A DNA stretch of 64,000 nt from Bacilli bacterium (GTDB lineage: Bacteria > Bacillota_I > Bacilli_A > RFN20 > CAG-826), in contig JAILBR010000071.1 in the NCBI GenBank assembly GCA_024680795.1, forward strand, positions 2,541 through 66,540, in the 5' to 3' direction. Below the pieces are notes generated by a model. It was given only the letters and a program-made list of their open reading frames with translations, was not told the DNA's origin and did not search any database. This document shows, piece after piece, positions 55,925 through 64,000 of the stretch. A program made the translations under genes and the position numbers. The stretch's first letter is position 1; every line of letters begins with the position of its first letter.

Positions 55925-57040
55925 ATGGCAAAAATTATTGGTATTTGTAATTTACATGACGATCCAAGCTTGGGTTTCTTAACAAAAAACCGTCCAGGTG
56001 GTTCTGTTTCATTCCTTGGCCGTTATGGATTAATCGACTTTACTCTTTCTAATTTCTCTAACTCGCACATTGAAAAAGTCTATGTCTTAGTTAAAAGTGG
56101 TATGGTGCAAATGAGAAACCATATCGGTAATGGTTCAATTTGGACCAGCAACACCAAGACTGGCTTTATCAAATTATTAATGAATGAAAAGGGTTTATTC
56201 ACCCCTAAATTTAATACAGATATCGCTAATATGAAATTAAACTTACCTTTAGGTGAGACTGATTTCGATTACGCAGTTGTCGCTCCAAGCTTTATGCTTA
56301 CCACCATGGATTATCGTCCAATTATCGATGCTCATATCGCTAGTGGAAGAGATGTCACCATCGTTTATACACATTGTGAAAATGGCACTGAAGAATTTAT
56401 CAACTGTGATAGATTAAAAATCGATGAAAAAGGCAAAATCAAAAGAATTGATAAATACTTAGGAAAAGCTGAAGAAGTGGACGTTTCTCTTGAATCATTC
56501 ATCATTTCTAGAGCGACTTTAGTTAAGTTAATTGAAGATTCACCAAAAGTGTCTGAACTCTATAACTTAAGACAAATGATTTCTGCTTATGTTGATGAAG
56601 GCGAAATCGACGCTGGTGGCTATAAATACGAAGGCTTTGTCGCTCCAATTCTTGATTTTGATAGCTATGTTAGACATTCATTCAGTCTACTTAACTACCA
56701 TGAAAGAAATAGATTATTCTTGGAAGATTGGCCAATTTATACAACCTCTCATAACACCCCACCAACCTTATATGGCGCAAAAGCCAAAGTCCGTCATAGC
56801 TTTATCGCTAACGGAAGCGTTATTAAAGGTAAGGTTGATACTTGTATCATCTCTCGTGGTGTTGTTGTTGAAGAAGGTGCAAACCTTAAAAACTGCATCG
56901 TCTTTACTGATTCCTTTATCGGTAAGGGTGTCACATTAAAATATGTTTTAACTGATAAAGCCGCTCAAGTCTTAGCCACTAAAGAACTTAAAGGCGAAGA
57001 AGACCGCGTTGTTTATATCCATCAAGGAGCAAAGATATAG
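55925..57040 (+). CDS. glgD: Glucose-1-phosphate adenylyltransferase regulatory-type subunit GlgD
   Basis: A GlgC paralogue lacking the GGxGxRL loop (ICNLHDDPSLGFLTKNRPGGSVSFLGRYGLIDFTLSNFSNS). ATG 55925 follows the glgC stop by 2 nt. Confidence 0.85.
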   Translation: MAKIIGICNLHDDPSLGFLTKNRPGGSVSFLGRYGLIDFTLSNFSNSHIEKVYVLVKSGMVQMRNHIGNGSIWTSNTKTGFIKLLMNEKGLFTPKFNTDIANMKLNLPLGETDFDYAVVAPSFMLTTMDYRPIIDAHIASGRDVTIVYTHCENGTEEFINCDRLKIDEKGKIKRIDKYLGKAEEVDVSLESFIISRATLVKLIEDSPKVSELYNLRQMISAYVDEGEIDAGGYKYEGFVAPILDFDSYVRHSFSLLNYHERNRLFLEDWPIYTTSHNTPPTLYGAKAKVRHSFIANGSVIKGKVDTCIISRGVVVEEGANLKNCIVFTDSFIGKGVTLKYVLTDKAAQVLATKELKGEEDRVVYIHQGAKI

Positions 57041-57041
57041 T

Positions 57042-58469
57042 ATGAAACTCGTAATGGTAGGTAGTGAGTCTAATCCTTTTATTAAGACTGGCGGCCTTGC
57101 TGATGTTGTCTATGCTTTAAGTAGACAAATGGCGAAAACCGGTGAAGAAGTATCTGTCTTTATTCCACTTTATAGTGGTGTCAAAGGCAAACTTAAAGAA
57201 CATGAAAAAGTAGCGGAATGTGAAGTCCACATGGGATGGAGAAGAGAAATCGCTAACATCTATCATGAAAAATTCACAGGTATCGATTTCTATTTCTTAG
57301 AAAATCAACATTATTTCGAAAGAGGAACCATTTATGGTTACGATGATGATGGAGAGAGATTTGCTTTCTATCAACAAGCGGTCATCGAAGCCCTACGTGT
57401 CCTAAATTATAAACCAGATATCATCCACGTCCATGACTGGCAAACCGCGATGATTCCTTGTTTAATCAAGGAAAAGAAAGATGAATTCTTCAAAGGAACA
57501 AAATTTGTTCTCACCATTCATAATCCTGCTTTTCAAGGTATCATCTATCGTGAATCTTTAGGCGATTTATATAGCCTTCCTTTAGAATTATATGATAATG
57601 GCGCTCTTAGATTTGGCGAAGTAGTGTCAACTTTAAAAGGTGGCATTATGTACGCTGATAAGATTACAACCGTTTCACCAACTCATAGAAATGAGTTATT
57701 AACAAAAGAAGGTGGCATGGGTTTAGATACCGTTCTTGCTTTACGTGAATATGATTTTTGCGGATTCTTAAATGGTATTGGCTATGAAGAATTTAATCCA
57801 GAAACCGATCCACATATCGCTAAAAACTATAACGCTTCAAGTTTTGTAAGTGGTAAAAAGAGAAACAAAGAAGAACTTTGCAATCGTTTAAATCTCAAAA
57901 ACAAGAACGCTCCATTATTCTCTTTAGTGTCTCGTATCACTTGGCAAAAAGGTATGTCTTTAGTCTTTGCGGCTGTTCATGAATTAGTGAAACATGGGGC
58001 AAATGTTGTCCTCCTCGGTAGTGGAGAATATCAAAGCGAACGTGAAATGGACCGCTTACATATGCTCTATCCAGATCAAGTCGCAGTCTATGTCGGCTAT
58101 AATGACCCACTTGCTAGAATTATCTACGCTGGTAGTGACTTCTTCATGATGCCTTCATTATTCGAACCATGTGGACTTGGACAAATGATTGCCCAAAGAT
58201 ATGGTGCATTACCAATCGTTAGACGTGTTGGTGGCTTAAAAGATTCCGTTATTAACTATGATGGAAATAACCTTGAAACCTCTAACGGATTCGGCTTTGA
58301 TGAGTTCTCCGAATGGGAAATGACAAGAACTTGTTTATACGCTTTAGAACAATATAATAAGCCAGAAGTCTTTAAAAGACTTGTAAAAAATGCAATAAAA
58401 ACGGACAATAGTTGGGAGAAGAGTGGTGAACAATACCACGGTCTCTACCGTGAACTATTATCAAGATAA
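57042..58469 (+). CDS. glgA: Glycogen synthase (ADP-glucose type)
   Basis: SESNPFIKTGGLADV N-terminal motif. The start is at ATG 57042 after AAGGAG. Confidence 0.92.
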   Translation: MKLVMVGSESNPFIKTGGLADVVYALSRQMAKTGEEVSVFIPLYSGVKGKLKEHEKVAECEVHMGWRREIANIYHEKFTGIDFYFLENQHYFERGTIYGYDDDGERFAFYQQAVIEALRVLNYKPDIIHVHDWQTAMIPCLIKEKKDEFFKGTKFVLTIHNPAFQGIIYRESLGDLYSLPLELYDNGALRFGEVVSTLKGGIMYADKITTVSPTHRNELLTKEGGMGLDTVLALREYDFCGFLNGIGYEEFNPETDPHIAKNYNASSFVSGKKRNKEELCNRLNLKNKNAPLFSLVSRITWQKGMSLVFAAVHELVKHGANVVLLGSGEYQSEREMDRLHMLYPDQVAVYVGYNDPLARIIYAGSDFFMMPSLFEPCGLGQMIAQRYGALPIVRRVGGLKDSVINYDGNNLETSNGFGFDEFSEWEMTRTCLYALEQYNKPEVFKRLVKNAIKTDNSWEKSGEQYHGLYRELLSR

Positions 58470-58508
58470 TAGTTACAGCTAATTACGTCACTGAAAGGAG
58501 CCATCAAT

Positions 58509-60905
58509 ATGGGCTACGATCATCAGAAAATTGAAAAAAAATGGCAAAAATATTGGGAAGATCACCAAACATTCCGAACAGATGTTTGGGATTTTTCTAA
58601 ACCGAAATTTTATGCCTTAGACATGTTCCCTTATCCAAGCGGAGTGGGACTACACGCTGGCCATCCAGAAGGATATACCGCAACCGATATTGTCAGTAGA
58701 ATGAAAAGAATGCAAGGATATAATGTCCTTCACCCAATGGGATATGATTCTTTTGGTTTACCAGCTGAACAATATGCGATTCAAACTGGAAATAACCCAG
58801 GTGTCTTTACCGATAAAATTATTGAACACTTTACTGAGCAACTTAAAGAACTAGGTTTTGACTATGACTGGAGTAAATTGATTTACACTAGTGATCCTAA
58901 ATTCTATAAGTGGACCCAGTGGATTTTTAGAGGATTATTTGAAGATGGCTACGCTAAATATGCTGATATGCCAGTTAACTGGTGTGAAGAACTCGGCACT
59001 GTTTTAGCTAATGATGAAATTATTGATGGCAAGAGTGAAAGAGGTGGATACCCAGTCGTTAGAAAGAATCTCAAACAATGGGTTATCGATCAACCTCAAT
59101 TCGCCGAAGAACTTTTAAGTGGCTTAGATAAATTAGATTGGCCTGAATCTACTAAAGAAATTCAAAGAAACTGGATTGGTAAGAGTGTAGGTGCCCTTAT
59201 CGACTTCCAAGTTGCTGATAAAGATTTATCTTTTACAGTCTTTACCACAAGGGCGGACACTATTTTTGGCGTTACATATTGCGTTTTAGCGCCAGAACAT
59301 GAACTAGTTGATAAAATCAAAACTCCAGAACAAGCTAAAGAAGTTGATGAATATATTAAGAAAGCCGCCAGTAAAACCGAACTAGAAAGAATTTCTGGTG
59401 ATAAAGAAAAGACTGGTTGCTTTACTGGTAGTTATGCAGTTAACCCTGCTAATGGCAAAAAAATCCCAATCTTCATTTCTGATTATGTTCTTTCTACATA
59501 TGGCACAGGCGCCATTATGGCGGTCCCGGCCCATGATAGTAGAGACTATGCCTTTGCTAAGAAGTTTGGACTAGAAATCATCCAAGTTTTAGAAGGCGGA
59601 GATATTTCTAAAGAAGCTTATGAAGAAGATGGCTTACATATCAATTCTGGTTTCTTAGATGGCTTAAATAAAGAAGACGCAATCAACAAAATGATTGAGT
59701 TCTTAAAAGAAAAAGGCATCGGTGAACAAAAAGTAAACTATAAGTTTAGAGAATGGATTTTCGCTAGACAAAGATATTGGGGTGAACCAGTTCCAGTTGT
59801 CCATATGGAAGATGGCACCATCCACGCATTAAGTGATGAAGAATTGCCACTTGTTCTACCTGAATTAGAAGACTATAAGGGACATAATGGCAAAGCTCCT
59901 TTAGAAAACGCGACCGAATGGAAAAAGTATTCTTATAACGGACTTAAAGGTGTTAGAGAAACTTCAACCATGCCAGGAAGTGCTGGTAGTAGCTGGTATT
60001 TCTTAAGATATGTTGACCCAAATAACGATAAGATTTTCTGCGATAAGAGACTTGCTGATCACTGGTTACCTGTTGATTTATATATCGGTGGACCAGAACA
60101 TGCGGTTGGTCACTTAATTTATTCAAGAATTTGGACTAAATATTTAAATAAAAAAGGATATATATCCTTTGATGAACCATTTAAGAAACTCGTTCACCAA
60201 GGCATGATTTTGGGCGCTAATAATATCAAAATGGGTAAGAGATATCCAGAATTTGTCGTTAACCCAACTGATATCGTTAATAAGTACGGTGCCGATACAT
60301 TAAGATTATACGAAATGTTCATGGGACCACTTGAAGCTAGTAAACCATGGAGTGATCAAGGTGTTGAAGGGGCGAATAGATATATTAATCGTGTCTACCG
60401 TATGGTTTGTGAATGTGACTTTATTACTGATGAACCTACTCCAGAATTAGAAACTATTTATCATCAAACCGTTAAAAAGGTCACCGATGACTATAACGCT
60501 TTAGCCTTTAATACCGCGATTAGCCAAATGATGATTTTCACTAACGAAGTATATCGTGTCGGTAAAGTTAATAGAGACTATATCGAAGGATTCGTGAAAA
60601 TGATTTCTTGCATCATCCCTCATATCGGTGAAGAGATGTGGGAATATTTAGGTCATAAAGATACTATCGCTTTTGCTAATTGGCCAACTTATGATGAAGC
60701 AAAAACTGTCCTTAACTTAGTTAATATCGCCGTTTCCGTTAATGGAAAATTAAGAGCCACAATTAAAGTGGAAAAAGACTTGGATGATGAAGCTTTAAAG
60801 GCTTTAGCCTTTGAACAAGAAGGCGTTAAACGTAACATCGAAGGCAAAGAAATTAAGAAAGTCATCGTTGTTAAGAACAAGATTATTAATATTGTGGCGG
60901 TTTAA
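58509..60905 (+). CDS. leuS: Leucyl-tRNA synthetase
   Basis: HAGH (HIGH) motif, an intact CP1 editing domain ([11 protein letters not shown]; [15 protein letters not shown]), and a KMSKS-position variant KMGKR. Confidence 0.95.
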   Translation: MGYDHQKIEKKWQKYWEDHQTFRTDVWDFSKPKFYALDMFPYPSGVGLHAGHPEGYTATDIVSRMKRMQGYNVLHPMGYDSFGLPAEQYAIQTGNNPGVFTDKIIEHFTEQLKELGFDYDWSKLIYTSDPKFYKWTQWIFRGLFEDGYAKYADMPVNWCEELGTVLANDEIIDGKSERGGYPVVRKNLKQWVIDQPQFAEELLSGLDKLDWPESTKEIQRNWIGKSVGALIDFQVADKDLSFTVFTTRADTIFGVTYCVLAPEHELVDKIKTPEQAKEVDEYIKKAASKTELERISGDKEKTGCFTGSYAVNPANGKKIPIFISDYVLSTYGTGAIMAVPAHDSRDYAFAKKFGLEIIQVLEGGDISKEAYEEDGLHINSGFLDGLNKEDAINKMIEFLKEKGIGEQKVNYKFREWIFARQRYWGEPVPVVHMEDGTIHALSDEELPLVLPELEDYKGHNGKAPLENATEWKKYSYNGLKGVRETSTMPGSAGSSWYFLRYVDPNNDKIFCDKRLADHWLPVDLYIGGPEHAVGHLIYSRIWTKYLNKKGYISFDEPFKKLVHQGMILGANNIKMGKRYPEFVVNPTDIVNKYGADTLRLYEMFMGPLEASKPWSDQGVEGANRYINRVYRMVCECDFITDEPTPELETIYHQTVKKVTDDYNALAFNTAISQMMIFTNEVYRVGKVNRDYIEGFVKMISCIIPHIGEEMWEYLGHKDTIAFANWPTYDEAKTVLNLVNIAVSVNGKLRATIKVEKDLDDEALKALAFEQEGVKRNIEGKEIKKVIVVKNKIINIVAV

Positions 60906-60910
60906 TAGTT

Positions 60911-61645
60911 ATGAATTTATATATCGATATTGGCAATACTGCAATTAAATTTGGTGTGGATTATGATAATGAAGTGCAACTATTTTTCACCATGTCCACA
61001 AAAGAAGCGATCATGGATCCTCACGATGTTTTAAATTATCTTCCGGTTGAAGTTGATCACGTTTATATTTCTTCGGTCGTTCCAGAAGCATCTAAAGCGA
61101 TGGAAATATTATTTAAAGATTATCCAGTCACTTTCATTTCACCTCTAGATGATAGTGGCATCGAAGTGAAGATTGATTATCCAGAAGAACTAGGAACTGA
61201 TTTATTATGTGATATTGCTGGCGCCAATAAATTATTTGGTTATCCAAGTTTAATCGTTGATTTAGGAACCGCCACTAAATTCATTCTCATCGATGAAAAA
61301 GGCGTGTTTTCTACTTGCGCGATTGTGCCAGGTATCGAAATGTCACTTAATACATTAAATAAAAATACAGCCTTACTCCCTAAAATCGATTTAAGAGAAA
61401 TCAAGCCGATATTAGAATGTCATAACACAGTGGATGTTCTAATGGCGAGTGCTTTTTATTCTCATATTGATATGATTAATGGGATGGTTAAAAGATATAA
61501 AGAGGCAACTAATTATCCTTTCCAAGTCATTATGACTGGTGGAAACCTTGATTTTATCAAGGATGGACTCAATTTTGATTACAAAATCAAATACAGTCTA
61601 TGTTTACAAGGTTTAAAAGTCATTGCCGAAAAGAAAGAAGACTAA
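60911..61645 (+). CDS. coaX: Type III pantothenate kinase
   Basis: LYIDIGNTAIKFG and DLGTATKF motifs; 244 aa. Confidence 0.88.
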   Translation: MNLYIDIGNTAIKFGVDYDNEVQLFFTMSTKEAIMDPHDVLNYLPVEVDHVYISSVVPEASKAMEILFKDYPVTFISPLDDSGIEVKIDYPEELGTDLLCDIAGANKLFGYPSLIVDLGTATKFILIDEKGVFSTCAIVPGIEMSLNTLNKNTALLPKIDLREIKPILECHNTVDVLMASAFYSHIDMINGMVKRYKEATNYPFQVIMTGGNLDFIKDGLNFDYKIKYSLCLQGLKVIAEKKED

Positions 61646-61651
61646 CAACAT

Positions 61652-63028
61652 ATGAAAAAAACAGAATACGAGAAACTAACTTCTAAATACGAAAAAGAAT
61701 TATTTAAGTCACTTACTGAATTTGTGGCAATTAATTCCGCTTATGATGAAACGACTAAAGATGAAAAGAATCCTTTTGGTAAGGGTGTTTCTGATGCATT
61801 AAATTACATCACTAACCTAGCCAAAAAAGATGGATTTGAAGTTACTAATTACGACAACATGGTTGTGGAAATCCTTTATGGTGAAGGTAAAAAGAACCTC
61901 GCCATTATGGCTCACGCAGATGTGGTTCCAGCTGGTACTGGTTGGGAAAATGATCCTTTTAAGGTTACCGAAAAGAAGGGTGTTTTATTCGGACGTGGTG
62001 TCGCTGATGATAAAGGACCTTTACTCGCTACTTATTACGCGATGAAAGCTTTAAGAGATAATAAACTCCTAAATGGATATCAAATTAGATTCATCGTTGG
62101 TGGCAATGAAGAAAGCGGTTCCTTATGTCTTGAACATTATTTTAAAGATCTTAAAAAACCCGCTCCAACATTAGGATTCTCTCCTGATAGTGATTTCCCT
62201 CTTATCTTTGCTGAAAAAGGAATTATCAACTTCGAAACATCTCTAAAACTCGACATACCTGGTCTAATTTCCATTGAAGGTGGGTTTGCTAGTAACGCTG
62301 TTATTGAAAAATGTGAAGTTAAATTTGAACTAAATTTAGACTTTTTGAACTATATTGGTTCTCATTTCAAAAAAGGAGAAGCAGCAGTGAGTACCGCCGA
62401 TGACATCACAACAGTGACATTTATCGGTAAAGCTGCTCATGGTGCTAGCCCTGAATTAGGTGTCAATGCTGGCTTAATTGCTTTAGACACTTTAGCGAAA
62501 TTTACAAAGAATCCAGATTTACAACGTATCGTGAAGATGTATTCTCCTTTAGATGGCTCTGGCTATAACTGTGGTGGTAAGAGCAAAGATATGGGACGTA
62601 ACTCCTCTAATGTTGGAATCATATCTTATAAAGATAAAACCTTAACAATGGTCACTAATTTTAGATATGTTGATACATGTGACCGTAAGGTTTTAATAGA
62701 TACTTTTAAAGAAGTTAACAAACCATTTAAAACCAAAATCCTCGGTGAAGCCCCCTTACTTTACTTCCCAAAGGATTCAGAACTTGTTTCAACTTTATTA
62801 AAAGCTTATCAAGATGAAACTGGTGATTTAAAATCTCAGCCGCTCGCAATCGGAGGAGGAACATACGCTAAAGAAACCTCTAATACTGTGGCCTTTGGTA
62901 TGCAGTTCCCGGGTTGGGAAAGCAATATGCATTCTCCAGGTGAATCAATGAAAAAAGAAGACATGCTTAAAGGTATGGCGGTTTTCGCTAGAGCGATTAT
63001 GTATTTAGGAGAAATACTTAAAAAGTAA
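61652..63028 (+). CDS. pepV: M20-family dipeptidase (PepV-like)
   Basis: MAHADVVPAG, GRGVADDKGP and GGNEESGS motifs; 458 aa. Confidence 0.82.
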   Translation: MKKTEYEKLTSKYEKELFKSLTEFVAINSAYDETTKDEKNPFGKGVSDALNYITNLAKKDGFEVTNYDNMVVEILYGEGKKNLAIMAHADVVPAGTGWENDPFKVTEKKGVLFGRGVADDKGPLLATYYAMKALRDNKLLNGYQIRFIVGGNEESGSLCLEHYFKDLKKPAPTLGFSPDSDFPLIFAEKGIINFETSLKLDIPGLISIEGGFASNAVIEKCEVKFELNLDFLNYIGSHFKKGEAAVSTADDITTVTFIGKAAHGASPELGVNAGLIALDTLAKFTKNPDLQRIVKMYSPLDGSGYNCGGKSKDMGRNSSNVGIISYKDKTLTMVTNFRYVDTCDRKVLIDTFKEVNKPFKTKILGEAPLLYFPKDSELVSTLLKAYQDETGDLKSQPLAIGGGTYAKETSNTVAFGMQFPGWESNMHSPGESMKKEDMLKGMAVFARAIMYLGEILKK

Positions 63029-63636
63029 TGAGAACTAAATTCAAAGCTTGGGCTGAACCATATATCAATGAACATCCAGAAGTATCATTAACGAGTGATG
63101 AAATCAAAAAGCTCGATGATTTTTATTTGGAAATTGGCTCTGGCAAAGGCGACTTTTTAGTGAAGATGGCGTCTAAAAACCCAGATAAGTTCTTCTTGGG
63201 GATTGAAAAGAATGTCACTTGCGCTGGGTTTAGTTATAAAAAGCTTGTCGAAAGTGAACTTCCTAATGCAAAACTAATTTGGCAAGATGTCATGAACATC
63301 TTTGAAAATATCAAAGATAAATCAGTGAATGTAGTATTTTTAAACTTCTCTGATCCTTGGCCAAAAAGAAGGCACTATAAGAGAAGACTAACAAGTGAAT
63401 TATTTTTAGAACAATATCGACGCATCTTAAAAGATGATGGAATATTGGTTTTTAAGAGTGATAATGAAGATTTATTTGAATATTCTATTGAAATGTTCTT
63501 ACAACATGGGTATAACATATTCGATAGAAACGACAACTATCAAGGCGAAGATACATTCGACGCGAAAACAGAATACGAACAGTGGTTCAATGAAAGAGAT
63601 ATCCCTATTCATAGGGTGAAGGTGAAGAAAGCATGA
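63028..63636 (+). CDS. trmB: tRNA (guanine46-N7)-methyltransferase
   Basis: EIGSGKGDF and FLNFSDPWPKRRHYKRRL motifs. Confidence 0.9.
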   Translation: MRTKFKAWAEPYINEHPEVSLTSDEIKKLDDFYLEIGSGKGDFLVKMASKNPDKFFLGIEKNVTCAGFSYKKLVESELPNAKLIWQDVMNIFENIKDKSVNVVFLNFSDPWPKRRHYKRRLTSELFLEQYRRILKDDGILVFKSDNEDLFEYSIEMFLQHGYNIFDRNDNYQGEDTFDAKTEYEQWFNERDIPIHRVKVKKA

Positions 63637-64000
63637 TAGAAAAGTATGGATTATTTAACCATCATGAAGATAATAATACCGCATTAATTCTCTTTTCTGA
63701 TGAGCCTGTCACTGATAAAAGAGGAGATGAGGAAATCAAAGTCTTATATCACCAAGATAAAGTAGTGGGATATGAGATATATGATTTCATCAGATACGCA
63801 AAAATTAAGTATTCTGGCATCATCTTCTTACCAAGCGACCCATTAATTGATGTAATCAATTTCGTTCTTGAAAATCATCAATTAGAAAAGCTTGGCTATA
63901 AAAAAGAATCGGGATATGTCGTGTTAACGAATGATAATAAGAAAATGGTGTTCGCAAAAGAAGGAACATTCTTAAGAGATGAAACCATTTCAAAAGGTAG
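63633..64000 (+). CDS. 5' part of a YtpR-like protein (DUF4479 N-terminal domain; a tRNA-binding domain is expected downstream), running off the window
   Basis: The ATG overlaps the trmB stop (ATGA). MIEKYGLFNHHEDNNTALILFSD... stays open to position 64000. The family call is from memory of ytpR-like N-termini. Confidence 0.45.
   Translation, partial: MIEKYGLFNHHEDNNTALILFSDEPVTDKRGDEEIKVLYHQDKVVGYEIYDFIRYAKIKYSGIIFLPSDPLIDVINFVLENHQLEKLGYKKESGYVVLTNDNKKMVFAKEGTFLRDETISKG

Noticed and set aside
58509-60905. Checked whether LeuRS has the degenerate or deleted CP1 editing domain described for some Mycoplasma species.
   Set aside because: The editing-site motifs are intact ([11 protein letters not shown] threonine-rich region; [15 protein letters not shown] with the conserved Asp) and the protein is full length. 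There is no evidence for editing loss.

Overview
This is an AT-rich, very gene-dense stretch of chromosomal core: about 60 CDS, 3 tRNAs, mostly abutting or overlapping genes. It looks like a low-GC Bacillota/Mycoplasmatota-type bacterium (Acholeplasma- or Erysipelotrichia-like). The standard genetic code applies: every conserved gene is intact, Trp is always TGG, and TGA ends several genes. All family calls come from motifs read by eye and from memory of gene order, because no searches could be run. The content is housekeeping. It includes nadK, maf, rnj, def, a ylbF-like/rsmD/coaD block, proS, an MTA/SAH-deaminase-like amidohydrolase, rdgB, trxA, mrp, pepP, glpK and RexAB-type addBA. It also includes a PPi-type phosphofructokinase, the complete F1Fo ATP synthase operon (atpI-like, B, E, F, H, A, G, D, C), ppa, trmL, rqcH, gmk and priA. 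The remainder is an rsmB-like/rlmN/PP2C/Ser-Thr-kinase/rsgA/rpe block, rpmB, glgCDA, leuS, coaX, pepV and trmB. I found no transposase, integrase, CRISPR array, rRNA, prophage, or recognisable defence or biosynthetic cluster, and no convincing candidate for a wholly new multi-gene system. The most unusual items are these. (1) A membrane-anchored PAS/GGDEF/EAL-like protein with both catalytic signatures degenerate, paired with an unknown polytopic membrane protein. (2) An RsmB homologue that has lost its SAM-binding motif and both catalytic cysteines. (3) A kinase-domain-only, non-RD PrkC homologue with no TM or PASTA region. (4) An uncharacterised helical protein translationally coupled to addA. 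(5) A recurring -10-box-then-ATG arrangement that suggests leaderless mRNAs. (6) Mollicutes-like traits: an AtpF lipobox, PPi-PFK, aaRS genes without T-box leaders, and a stripped-down gmk-to-rpmB synteny block.
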